DNA from: an uncultured virus (IMG/VR IMGVR_UViG_3300042319_001462)
Taxonomy: Duplodnaviria > Heunggongvirae > Uroviricota > Caudoviricetes
Direction: 5' to 3' (one strand)
Length of the DNA stretch: 64,000 bases
Virus record (IMG/VR): IMGVR_UViG_3300042319_001462
Location: 1 to 64,000 of that record
The position numbers and the translations under genes are program-made. The notes under the pieces are model-generated. The model was not told the DNA's origin and made no database searches. It saw only the letters and a program-made list of their open reading frames with translations. The stretch's first letter is position 1. The number at the start of each line of letters is the position of its first letter. Below, piece by piece: positions 1 through 6,361 of this stretch.

Positions 1-19
1 ACTCCTCTGCTTTCCGCCA
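1..19 (+). tRNA. 3' fragment of a tRNA cut by the window edge (identity unknown)
   Basis: ACTCCTCTGCTTTCCGCCA: end of a T-arm, acceptor strand and CCA, directly upstream of the tRNA array. Confidence 0.6.
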
Positions 20-26
20 AGATTGT

Positions 27-100
27 TCGGGTATAGTGTAATGGTAACACTACAGACTTTGACTCTGTCATTCTAGGTTCGAGCCCTAGTACCCGTGCCA
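27..100 (+). tRNA. tRNA-Gln(UUG)
   Basis: Cloverleaf; anticodon arm ACAGA-CTTTGAC-TCTGT; TTCGAGC T-loop; encoded CCA. Confidence 0.93.
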
Positions 101-108
101 AATTGAAT

Positions 109-182
109 AGCTCTGTAGTTAAATGGAATAACAGTCGGCTGATAACCGGCAGTCCTGGGATCGTTACCCGGTGGAGCTACCA
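109..182 (+). tRNA. tRNA-Ile(GAU), variant T-loop ATCGTTA
   Basis: Acceptor AGCTCTG/TGGAGCT; anticodon arm GTCGG-CTGATAA-CCGGC; CCA. Confidence 0.9.
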
Positions 183-1064
183 GAAACGTCTGCTGAATTT
201 TAATAAGTTTTCTTTACCAGAAATGACTTTGCCCAATGGATAGCTACCATGTGTATCATTGGGAGATTGTCCGAGCCAGGCAGCAAATAAAGGACTGTCA
301 AATAGGTTGTCCCTACCTTGGTCAAGATCAATTGCGATACCGCCACTGATTGTAGGCGGTGGACGTATGTCAAATTGTGCAGGGTCATCATGATCTGCAA
401 ATGCAGTTATAAAGTCTTTTCCCAGTAGATCTTTTTTGATCCACACATCATACCCCGACAATCTGAGATGCTGTTGCATTTCGTCAGGGATTGCAACAGC
501 TGATCCATCTAGAAAAACGTCAACATCTTGGTATTTAGATGACTCAAAAACAAACTCTACTGTTTGTACTTGTCGCAAGAATTCTTGTTTGTGTGGTGTT
601 ATTACATATTCTTCAAGGTAATGAATGCTTTGATTTAACACATTGATGTTGTACATGAATTCATCGTTGGTATAGGGTACAGGGTTAAATTCTTCCTGCC
701 CGTTGTGATGCCATCGATTTCCAAATTCTGTAGCTACTACTGCATATCTGTGTAATCGATTGAGCAATTGTTGTGTGCTCAAATCCAATCTACTCAATTG
801 ATCTTTGGTTACAATTTCCGGTAACGGGCATAGGTAACTGCTGGAGTTAATTGTTTTGATCACGTTCAAAATGCGATCAATTAGTGTGTCAACAGTTTCG
901 TGGCTGCAGGGCTGATAATTGGGCCAGGGCACGTGTCTAGGTGTTAGGCTGTAACAATCAACCATTTGATCATAATGAGTTTTCCAGAAGTGAACAAACT
1001 CAGTGTCAAGTAGTTCGACCAGGACCTGACCGTGCTTGGTCGAAAGTTGTATTTGATTGGTCAT
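177..1064 (-). CDS. hypothetical protein, probable paralogue of 29692..30780
   Basis: Long ORF; start reassigned to ATG 1064, which lies 5 nt after TATAAGTA; shares LNxLHRY...LNxxxHxxE motifs with 29692..30780. Confidence 0.75.
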   Translation of the reverse strand: MTNQIQLSTKHGQVLVELLDTEFVHFWKTHYDQMVDCYSLTPRHVPWPNYQPCSHETVDTLIDRILNVIKTINSSSYLCPLPEIVTKDQLSRLDLSTQQLLNRLHRYAVVATEFGNRWHHNGQEEFNPVPYTNDEFMYNINVLNQSIHYLEEYVITPHKQEFLRQVQTVEFVFESSKYQDVDVFLDGSAVAIPDEMQQHLRLSGYDVWIKKDLLGKDFITAFADHDDPAQFDIRPPPTISGGIAIDLDQGRDNLFDSPLFAAWLGQSPNDTHGSYPLGKVISGKENLLKFSRRFW

Positions 1065-1120
1065 GCCTATACTTATAGGGGCGGCCCCGGTAGTGTTGTG
1101 AAAATACAACAAAAATTCAC

Positions 1121-1149
1121 TTGACCGGTAAACGTATTTTTGCTACAAT
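1121..1149 (+). promoter_or_regulatory. sigma70-type promoter P1 of the tRNA operon
   Basis: TTGACC-17 bp-TACAAT. Confidence 0.75.
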
Positions 1150-1217
1150 AGAAACAAGTTAAGAAATTAACTGATGTTGCAAAAACCCTAGAAGTTGTAG
1201 GGACTTTGCAAAACAGA

Positions 1218-1246
1218 TTGACTGGTATTGCACATCGTGTTATACT
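1218..1246 (+). promoter_or_regulatory. sigma70-type promoter P2 of the tRNA operon
   Basis: TTGACT-17 bp-TATACT. Confidence 0.75.
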
Positions 1247-1251
1247 AGAGA

Positions 1252-1284
1252 CTAGTTAGAAATTAACTAGATGTTCTTTAAAAA
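1252..1284 (+). promoter_or_regulatory. boxB-like hairpin plus boxA antitermination element
   Basis: CTAGTTA-GAAAT-TAACTAG hairpin followed by TGTTCTTTAAAAA, matching the boxA consensus GYTCTTTAANA. Confidence 0.6.
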
Positions 1285-1317
1285 GTCGAGTTTTCTTGTA
1301 GTAACCCGCAAGGGTTG

Positions 1318-1535
1318 CTATATTAAAATGTATTAAAGGTTACCTACACCGTTAGGAACTTTGTGCGAGGACAGTGGGGCCGCCCACGCTCAATAGTCAG
1401 AGTTCATGAAGCCGAGCAGTAATGCTCAGAAAAGCGGCGGAGCATGTAGGCAGTAATGACCGTGCAGGCCTATACGAGACGGTCGTATAGGTAGACATAG
1501 ATGCACAATGGTTCCTTTAGTATTTTTTAATATAG
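1318..1535 (+). ncRNA. candidate structured ncRNA A
   Basis: 22-bp terminal stem 1318-1339/1514-1535 encloses nested helices (CCTACA/TGTAGG, GAACTTT/AGAGTTC, GTGGG/CCCAC, GAGCA-GTAA-TGCTC, CCTATACGA/TCGTATAGG, GTGCA/TGCAC); no credible ORF. Confidence 0.6.
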
Positions 1536-1537
1536 TT

Positions 1538-1613
1538 GGTCTTAAAGTGTTCATGGACGCACGACGGCTTGTCACGCCGTAAGAGTGGGGATCGTTACCC
1601 CCTAAGACCGCCA
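1538..1613 (+). tRNA. tRNA-Asp(GUC), atypical (A8/U14, C15/G48, A54/U58)
   Basis: Acceptor GGTCTTA/TAAGACC; anticodon arm ACGGC-TTGTCAC-GCCGT; CCA. Confidence 0.9.
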
Positions 1614-1616
1614 AGT

Positions 1617-1826
1617 TTTGAGAGTGTCAGCAAGTGAAGTCACGTTATGCAGTATTCTTCGAAGGTACTGAGTAATAGAAGGCAAGCGGGTTCGACTCCC
1701 GGCTGATCGGAAGATCGGTGTAGCATGGTTACCACGCTGGATGAATCCCAAGTGACGTACCGAACCCCGTCCGGACTTGTTAAATCGGGTGAATGGTGCC
1801 TATAACAGGGTGGCACTACTCTCAAA
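1617..1826 (+). ncRNA. candidate structured ncRNA B
   Basis: Closing stem TTTGAGAGTG/TACTCTCAAA; internal TTCG- and GGAA-capped hairpins and a T-arm-like GGGTTCGACTCCC. Confidence 0.6.
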
Positions 1827-1835
1827 TTCATTTTT

Positions 1836-1895
1836 GAAACTGCATCGCCTGGATACTTCCCTCATTGAGGCACTAGGTCCTGCAACAGCAGTTTC
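1836..1895 (+). ncRNA. candidate small structured RNA C
   Basis: GAAACTGC/GCAGTTTC closing stem; internal CCTGG/CTAGG and CCTC/GAGG stems. Confidence 0.35.
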
Positions 1896-1954
1896 TCTTT
1901 TTAACACGGCCCTGTTTGGTTGCTTGACTGGACTACTTCAGGGTTTTTCTTTAC

Positions 1955-2029
1955 GCTGGGTTCGTCTATCGGTTAGGACACAAGCCTTTCACGTTTGTAA
2001 GACGGGTTCGATTCCCGTACCCAGTACCA
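1955..2029 (+). tRNA. tRNA-Glu(UUC)
   Basis: Cloverleaf; CAAGC-CTTTCAC-GTTTG; CCA. Confidence 0.93.
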
Positions 2030-2033
2030 CTTT

Positions 2034-2122
2034 GGAGATGCGGCTACGATGGTGGAGTGGCCCCGGACTGTAAATCCGGTACTTAAGAAACGCAATAGGT
2101 TCGAATCCTATCATCTCCACCA
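2034..2122 (+). tRNA. tRNA-Tyr(GUA)
   Basis: CCGGA-CTGTAAA-TCCGG; long variable arm; CCA. Confidence 0.92.
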
Positions 2123-2126
2123 GAAC

Positions 2127-2340
2127 GTTCCGGGTGTCTCCGGATAGTGTGACCCACACGATGAGAAGTACTGTGACAAGTACGGGTGGTAGTCTTCGAA
2201 CCCAAAGGCCGCTAGCAATGCGATAACGGTCCCTGTCGGGAAGCGGGTGGAAGGTACGTGTGATGAAAAACTAATTGGTGAGTGAAAACTTGCTGACCAA
2301 ATTTCTGATGTACTACAATTACCGCCGGGGGATGCAGAGC
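2127..2340 (+). ncRNA. candidate structured ncRNA D
   Basis: Fills the gap between tRNA-Tyr and tRNA-Cys; 5' and 3' ends are complementary (TCTCCGG/CCGGGGG); several nested helices; no ORF. Confidence 0.55.
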
Positions 2341-2345
2341 AATAT

Positions 2346-2422
2346 GTAGGTGTGTCGCTGAATGGTTAGGCCGCGGATTGCAAATCCGTTTTATGCAAGT
2401 TCGATCCTTGTCACCTACTCCA
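2346..2422 (+). tRNA. tRNA-Cys(GCA)
   Basis: GCGGA-TTGCAAA-TCCGT; U73 discriminator; CCA. Confidence 0.92.
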
Positions 2423-2431
2423 AATTTTTAT

Positions 2432-2507
2432 TCCGCAGTAGCTCAGTTGGTAGAGTAGAAGACTGTTAATCTTTTGGTCCCTGGTTCGAGCCCAGGCTGT
2501 GGAGCCA
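2432..2507 (+). tRNA. tRNA-Asn(GUU) copy 1 (canonical)
   Basis: GAAGA-CTGTTAA-TCTTT; CCA. Confidence 0.94.
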
Positions 2508-2512
2508 ATTTT

Positions 2513-2536
2513 ATTTGCTATTTGCAAATAGCAAAT
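2513..2536. repeat. 24-bp perfect palindrome in a tRNA spacer
   Basis: ATTTGCTATTTGCAAATAGCAAAT is its own reverse complement. Confidence 0.85.
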
Positions 2537-2610
2537 GCGTGGTTAGTTTAATGGTAGAACCAGACGTTGCCAACGTTTAAGCAAGAGTTCGATTCTCTTA
2601 CCCCGCACCA
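2537..2610 (+). tRNA. tRNA-Gly(GCC)
   Basis: AGACG-TTGCCAA-CGTTT; CCA. Confidence 0.9.
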
Positions 2611-2618
2611 GTTTTATT

Positions 2619-2692
2619 GCTCTCATAGTATAAAGGCATTACACTACATTGGTAATGTAGCAACCCAGGATCGTTACCTGGTGAGAGCACCA
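2619..2692 (+). tRNA. tRNA-Thr(GGU), variant T-loop ATCGTTA
   Basis: CTACA-TTGGTAA-TGTAG; acceptor GCTCTCA/TGAGAGC; CCA. Confidence 0.9.
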
Positions 2693-2697
2693 GTTTT

Positions 2698-2772
2698 TGG
2701 CCTTTGGTGAAATGGATATCATCCTTGTCTTCGAAACAAGGGGTGGGAGTTCGATCCTCTCAAGGCCAGCCA
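2698..2772 (+). tRNA. tRNA-Arg(UCG)
   Basis: CTTGT-CTTCGAA-ACAAG; CCA. Confidence 0.9.
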
Positions 2773-2785
2773 TTTTGTAAGTTTT

Positions 2786-2875
2786 GGAACGGTCCTATAA
2801 TGGTATTAGAGCAGATTGCTAATCTGTCGCTCGGCGTAATCCGGGTTCTCGGTTCGAGTCCGAGTCGTTCCGCCA
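2786..2875 (+). tRNA. tRNA-Ser(GCU)
   Basis: GCAGA-TTGCTAA-TCTGT; long variable arm; G73; CCA. Confidence 0.92.
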
Positions 2876-2884
2876 AAATTTTAT

Positions 2885-2963
2885 TCCGCAGAACCCGAGC
2901 ATGGTGCATGGGCTTGACTGTTAATCAATGATTAGCTGGGATCGTTACCCAGATGCGGAGCCA
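2885..2963 (+). tRNA. tRNA-Asn(GUU) copy 2, atypical D-arm and ATCGTTA T-loop
   Basis: TTGA-CTGTTAA-TCAA; acceptor TCCGCA/TGCGGA; CCA. Confidence 0.8.
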
Positions 2964-3048
2964 TTATAGAAACACATACAGATCCGCCCGATAGTAAGGG
3001 AGATAGCGACTAACGTTGAAGGACTGTTTAAGTGTGTTTCTATAATGG
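2961..3048 (+). ncRNA. stem-closed spacer RNA E
   Basis: 17-bp stem CCATTATAGAAACACAT/GTGTGTTTCTATAATGG enclosing about 54 nt with ACAG-TCC/GGA-CTGT pairing. Confidence 0.5.
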
Positions 3049-3121
3049 GGGCAGTAGAGGGCTACGGCGGATCCTTGCAAGATTCGTGTCTAGATCGGTT
3101 CGATACCGACGGTCTCCACCA
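3047..3121 (+). tRNA. tRNA-Ala(UGC), non-canonical D-arm
   Basis: GGATC-CTTGCAA-GATTC; G3:U70 alanine identity pair; A73; CCA. Confidence 0.75.
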
Positions 3122-3128
3122 AGTTTAT

Positions 3129-3204
3129 CTCTCTAAAGCGTTATCTGGTTGCGTACACGGTTTGGGGCCGTGTGGTCAAGGTTCGAATCCTTGTAGGGAG
3201 ACCA
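3129..3204 (+). tRNA. tRNA-Pro(UGG) copy 1 (A8/U14)
   Basis: CACGG-TTTGGGG-CCGTG; CCA. Confidence 0.9.
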
Positions 3205-3210
3205 AATACT

Positions 3211-3285
3211 CCGGCGTTCGTTCAACGGATAGGACATGATTCTTCTAAAGTCATTATAGGGGTTCGATTCCTCTACGCCGGGCCA
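3211..3285 (+). tRNA. tRNA-Arg(UCU)
   Basis: TGATT-CTTCTAA-AGTCA; CCA. Confidence 0.92.
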
Positions 3286-4263
3286 TTATGAACATTGAGA
3301 CAAACAGGTTGGATGTACTGTCTTGGCGCTGGACAGCGATGTTGCTAGATTATGCACAAAGAAGTCACTTGTTAATATGTCAGCAATGTTGTGCTGATTG
3401 ATATCAATTGAATCCACATGCTGTATAATGCGCTGCCACAACTGTGCAGATATATCGCGTTGCCAAGACAAGCCACTGGTCATGCAACAAGGAATCACAT
3501 GCCCTTTGTGGTTTATGTAAATTCTACCACTGTTGATCCAGGAACAAGATGGTTTGGTAAATTGTTGTTGTTTGACTTTGTCAAGCGCCACAATATAATC
3601 CTTGGTACGAGTAGAATCAGCTGTGTCACTCATTTCAATATCGTGTGAGTACTCACCGTTGATCTTTACCGGCCAAATTGGATTATCCCAAAAGTTTCTA
3701 TTGGTTGATTGTGTTTGAAAATCAGCAAACCCCATGCTAGCGGCAAGTTCTTGTGCTTGCGCCACTTGGTGCTGATTGTGTTTGAACACAAGAAATTTCC
3801 ACGTGGCACGACCGCCTGCATTGATGTATGCCCGGGCGTTGCGCATGATTTTATCAAAATCAGCATTGATTCTGTATGTTGCATTGGTGTCAGCTAATCC
3901 GTCAATTGAAAAAACAACTGTCAAGTTGGGAATGGTTGCAAGATTTGCCCACCAGGTTGTGGATCGCATGCTACCGTTGGTGTATGCAACAATTGACTCC
4001 ACACTTGAGCAGTGCCTAAAAAAGCTTTCGGCACGTGGATGCATCATGATATCACCGTAGTCGCCTTCAAACACAATGTGTTTGAGGTTTGGCAACTGAG
4101 ACAGTACAAAGTTTTGTTCAAATGCTTCAAAGTCCAAATGGTCAGGCACTAGAAACTTGTTTAAGAATCCTTCCTGATCGTATCTAGGACACTGTGGGCA
4201 ATGCAAATTGCAATGCGATGTAGCTTCTACTACAACTCCGGTCACTTGTTCAGCAACAATCAT
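3286..4263 (-). CDS. radical SAM protein with C-terminal SPASM/twitch-like cysteines
   Basis: CNLHCPQC motif, TNGS, FSIDG, C-terminal C...PCC...CxxxC; start moved to ATG 4263 (GGAG SD, coupled to the upstream stop). Confidence 0.88.
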   Translation of the reverse strand: MIVAEQVTGVVVEATSHCNLHCPQCPRYDQEGFLNKFLVPDHLDFEAFEQNFVLSQLPNLKHIVFEGDYGDIMMHPRAESFFRHCSSVESIVAYTNGSMRSTTWWANLATIPNLTVVFSIDGLADTNATYRINADFDKIMRNARAYINAGGRATWKFLVFKHNQHQVAQAQELAASMGFADFQTQSTNRNFWDNPIWPVKINGEYSHDIEMSDTADSTRTKDYIVALDKVKQQQFTKPSCSWINSGRIYINHKGHVIPCCMTSGLSWQRDISAQLWQRIIQHVDSIDINQHNIADILTSDFFVHNLATSLSSAKTVHPTCLSQCS

Positions 4264-4694
4264 TAACAATTCTCCAATAACCAAATGTGAATTGGAGTAT
4301 AAAAATCAATTGTTACTGTGCCGTTGCAGCCCATGATTCCGTAGAATTCGTCTGTAAACTCAGGCTGTGTTCCGTTGAAATCGTGAGTGTAGCATTTTTT
4401 ACCTTTTGCATAGAGATCAGTAATATCTATGCCATCAAATGTTATATGTTCAACGAGTACTGTGCAGTCCGAGACTATGAGGTTGTTGCTGTCAACCACT
4501 GTGTGCGTTTGATTTTTGCCATGCATGGTCACAGTTAACACATGGTCTTGTGAAATATCACTTTCATCAAGTTCATGTTCAAAAGTCCATTTTTGGTCAC
4601 AAACCAAGGTAGACAACAAATGACCATTTAAGGATACATCAATTTTGATGTCTTGACAAACTTGGGTGGGATTGATTGTTAGGGAAATTAGCAT
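4263..4694 (-). CDS. hypothetical protein
   Basis: ORF coupled to the radical SAM gene; CATAAGTA motif 6 nt upstream of the ATG. Confidence 0.75.
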   Translation of the reverse strand: MLISLTINPTQVCQDIKIDVSLNGHLLSTLVCDQKWTFEHELDESDISQDHVLTVTMHGKNQTHTVVDSNNLIVSDCTVLVEHITFDGIDITDLYAKGKKCYTHDFNGTQPEFTDEFYGIMGCNGTVTIDFYTPIHIWLLENC

Positions 4695-4772
4695 CAAGAA
4701 TACTTATGCTGTAGCCGAGCCCATGCTGAGTTTAATGTTATTGTAATACAAAAATAGATATATAAGGATATT

Positions 4773-5207
4773 ATGTTACATCTAATTAAATCAGCCGCTG
4801 ACTCATTTCTTGAGTTTATTGCACAAGATCCTGTGCGCCCACACATACCAACTTCTTCAAGAGTTGGTGAAAACAGAGACATTTTTGTTGCTCGCAAAAA
4901 TGACTCAACTGCCCGCGCAATCACTTGCGTGAGCTACCAGTCAATTGTGCCCGAAAGTGAAAGCCAATTGTTTACTCCTTCCCAAGAGCCAATTGTTGTG
5001 GTTTTCTACACCATTTGGAGCTACGAAGCAGGAGCAGGACGAGACTTGATCTTTGAAGCAAGAGACTGGATTCAAAAAAACAAGCCAGGTATTCAACGGT
5101 TTGTTACACTGAGTCCGCCCACTGAGATGGCCCGTAGGTTCCATATCAAAAATGGTGCCAAGGTTTACCGTACCAACACAGACACAGTAAACTACGAGTA
5201 CCTGTAG
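4773..5207 (+). CDS. hypothetical phage protein, possibly GNAT-like
   Basis: AAGGA SD; FYTIWSY-GAGRDLI and TLSP...ARRFH.KNGA segments resemble acetyltransferase motifs. Confidence 0.7.
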   Translation: MLHLIKSAADSFLEFIAQDPVRPHIPTSSRVGENRDIFVARKNDSTARAITCVSYQSIVPESESQLFTPSQEPIVVVFYTIWSYEAGAGRDLIFEARDWIQKNKPGIQRFVTLSPPTEMARRFHIKNGAKVYRTNTDTVNYEYL

Positions 5208-5213
5208 TTTTGT

Positions 5214-5291
5214 TGGGGATTCGCCAAGTTGGTCCAAGGCACCGGATTTTGATTCCGGCATTCCTAGGTTCGAATCCTAGATCCTCAGCCA
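5214..5291 (+). tRNA. tRNA-Gln(UUG) copy 2
   Basis: CCGGA-TTTTGAT-TCCGG; CCA. Confidence 0.94.
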
Positions 5292-5299
5292 CAAATGAC

Positions 5300-5328
5300 T
5301 TGACAACAAATGACATTTGTCGTATAAT
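5300..5328 (+). promoter_or_regulatory. sigma70-type promoter
   Basis: TTGACA-17 bp-TATAAT. Confidence 0.85.
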
Positions 5329-5437
5329 ATGTTTTTACTAAGGAAAATGACATGAAACGTTCAGCGAAACGATAGTGTCATCCTAGACCCCCGTATGGTC
5401 CTGGATGGCACGTAAAAGACAATTCTTTACGATCCAT

Positions 5438-5514
5438 CCCTTCAAGATGTTACTGGTTAGCATACCGGACTCTTAATCCGAGAAGTCTGAGTTCGAATCT
5501 CAGTGGAGGGACCA
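5438..5514 (+). tRNA. tRNA-Lys(CUU) (A8/U14)
   Basis: CGGA-CTCTTAA-TCCG; CCA. Confidence 0.88.
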
Positions 5515-5517
5515 TAT

Positions 5518-5595
5518 GGGGGTATAGTGTTAACGGTTTAGCACAGCAGACTTTTAATCTGCCAGGTCAGGGTTCGAATCCCTGTGCCCCTACCA
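5518..5595 (+). tRNA. tRNA-Lys(UUU)
   Basis: GCAGA-CTTTTAA-TCTGC; CCA. Confidence 0.93.
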
Positions 5596-5696
5596 TATAA
5601 AAACACATTAACCAGTATCGTAGCAGTACTGCTGGTGCTACGGGATTTAGTGGGTTCGATCCCCACAGCCAGGTTCGTTAGTGTGTTTCTATATGG
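5593..5696 (+). ncRNA. stem-closed spacer RNA F with T-arm-like hairpin
   Basis: Stem CCATATAAAAACACATTA/TAGTGTGTTTCTATATGG; inside are CGTAGCA/TGCTACG and GTGGG-TTCGATC-CCCAC. Confidence 0.55.
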
Positions 5697-5769
5697 TGAT
5701 ATGACGTAGATGGATGCGTACCGCCCTCATAAGGCGAGGAGAGTGGATCATTCCCACTTATCACTACCA
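5695..5769 (+). tRNA. tRNA with CAU anticodon (elongator Met or Ile2), variant T-loop ATCATTC
   Basis: CGCC-CTCATAA-GGCG; acceptor GGTGATA/TATCACT; CCA; no initiator 1:72 mismatch. Confidence 0.8.
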
Positions 5770-5786
5770 GGATATATAGTAAAGAT

Positions 5787-5860
5787 GCCCTATTAGTATA
5801 ATGGTATTACACCTGTTTTGTAATCAGGTTACGGCAGTTCGATTCTGTCATGGGGCACCA
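5787..5860 (+). tRNA. tRNA-Thr(UGU)
   Basis: CCTG-TTTTGTAAT-CAGG anticodon arm; CCA. Confidence 0.9.
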
Positions 5861-5868
5861 AAAACCAA

Positions 5869-5942
5869 GCGGGGTTAGTTTAGTGGCAAAACGCTATCCT
5901 TCCAAGTTAGAGTTGCGAGTTCGATTCTCGCACCCCGCTCCA
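5869..5942 (+). tRNA. tRNA-Gly(UCC)
   Basis: CTTCCAA anticodon loop; acceptor GCGGGGT/ACCCCGC; U73; CCA. Confidence 0.9.
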
Positions 5943-5956
5943 TTCAAGGATACAAT

Positions 5957-6109
5957 ATGCCAATGTATGAAACAACTGTAAGAACACCACAAGGTGAAGA
6001 AAAGAAGCGTATCTATGCGGACACCCCGCAAGAGGCTAAACGACTTTTTGAACAACTGTATGGTGGTCCTAGAGCAGTGCCATACATTCCAAAAATTGTA
6101 GCAAGTTAA
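5957..6109 (+). CDS. small hypothetical protein (50 aa, MPMYETTVRTPQGEEKK...)
   Basis: AAGGA SD; ORF fills the gap between two tRNAs; below the ORF-track cutoff. Confidence 0.65.
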   Translation: MPMYETTVRTPQGEEKKRIYADTPQEAKRLFEQLYGGPRAVPYIPKIVAS

Positions 6110-6110
6110 T

Positions 6111-6187
6111 CGGTGTGTAGCTCAGTCTGGTAGAGCTCTGCGTTTGGGACGCAGTGGTCGCATGTTCGAATCGTGTCACACCGACCA
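6111..6187 (+). tRNA. tRNA-Pro(UGG) copy 2
   Basis: CTGCG-TTTGGGA-CGCAG; CCA. Confidence 0.94.
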
Positions 6188-6193
6188 ATTTAT

Positions 6194-6269
6194 ATCGCTG
6201 TAGTTCAATGGATAAGAATACGATGCTACGAACGTCGGGATAGGGGTTCGATTCCCTTCAGCGGTACCA
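6194..6269 (+). tRNA. tRNA-Arg(ACG)
   Basis: CGATG-CTACGAA-CGTCG; CCA. Confidence 0.93.
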
Positions 6270-6293
6270 ATCATAACTGGCAAAACAAATGCA

Positions 6294-6322
6294 TTGACAA
6301 CAAATTGCAGTTAGTGTATAAT
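6294..6322 (+). promoter_or_regulatory. sigma70-type promoter
   Basis: TTGACA-17 bp-TATAAT. Confidence 0.85.
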
Positions 6323-6361
6323 TTTACATGCAGAGACAGTAATTTAAACCAAGGAATTGAA

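Noticed and set aside
1836..2340. Known self-cleaving ribozymes (hammerhead, HDV-like theta, twister, pistol) next to tRNAs
   Set aside because: Fragments such as GATGAG and TGATGA occur, but I could not assemble a complete catalytic core by eye; left as unknown ncRNAs pending a motif search
1426..3239. Short ORFs in the track across the tRNA region (1426, 1640, 1777, 2704, 3045), also 4941..5261, 7380..7604 and 8924..9205
   Set aside because: They overlap clear tRNA genes, structured RNAs or better-supported ORFs, so they are most likely spurious frames
5640..5671. Extra tRNA at GTGGGTTCGATCCCCACAGCCA
   Set aside because: It has a T-arm and a CCA but no acceptor stem or anticodon arm; treated as part of cassette F
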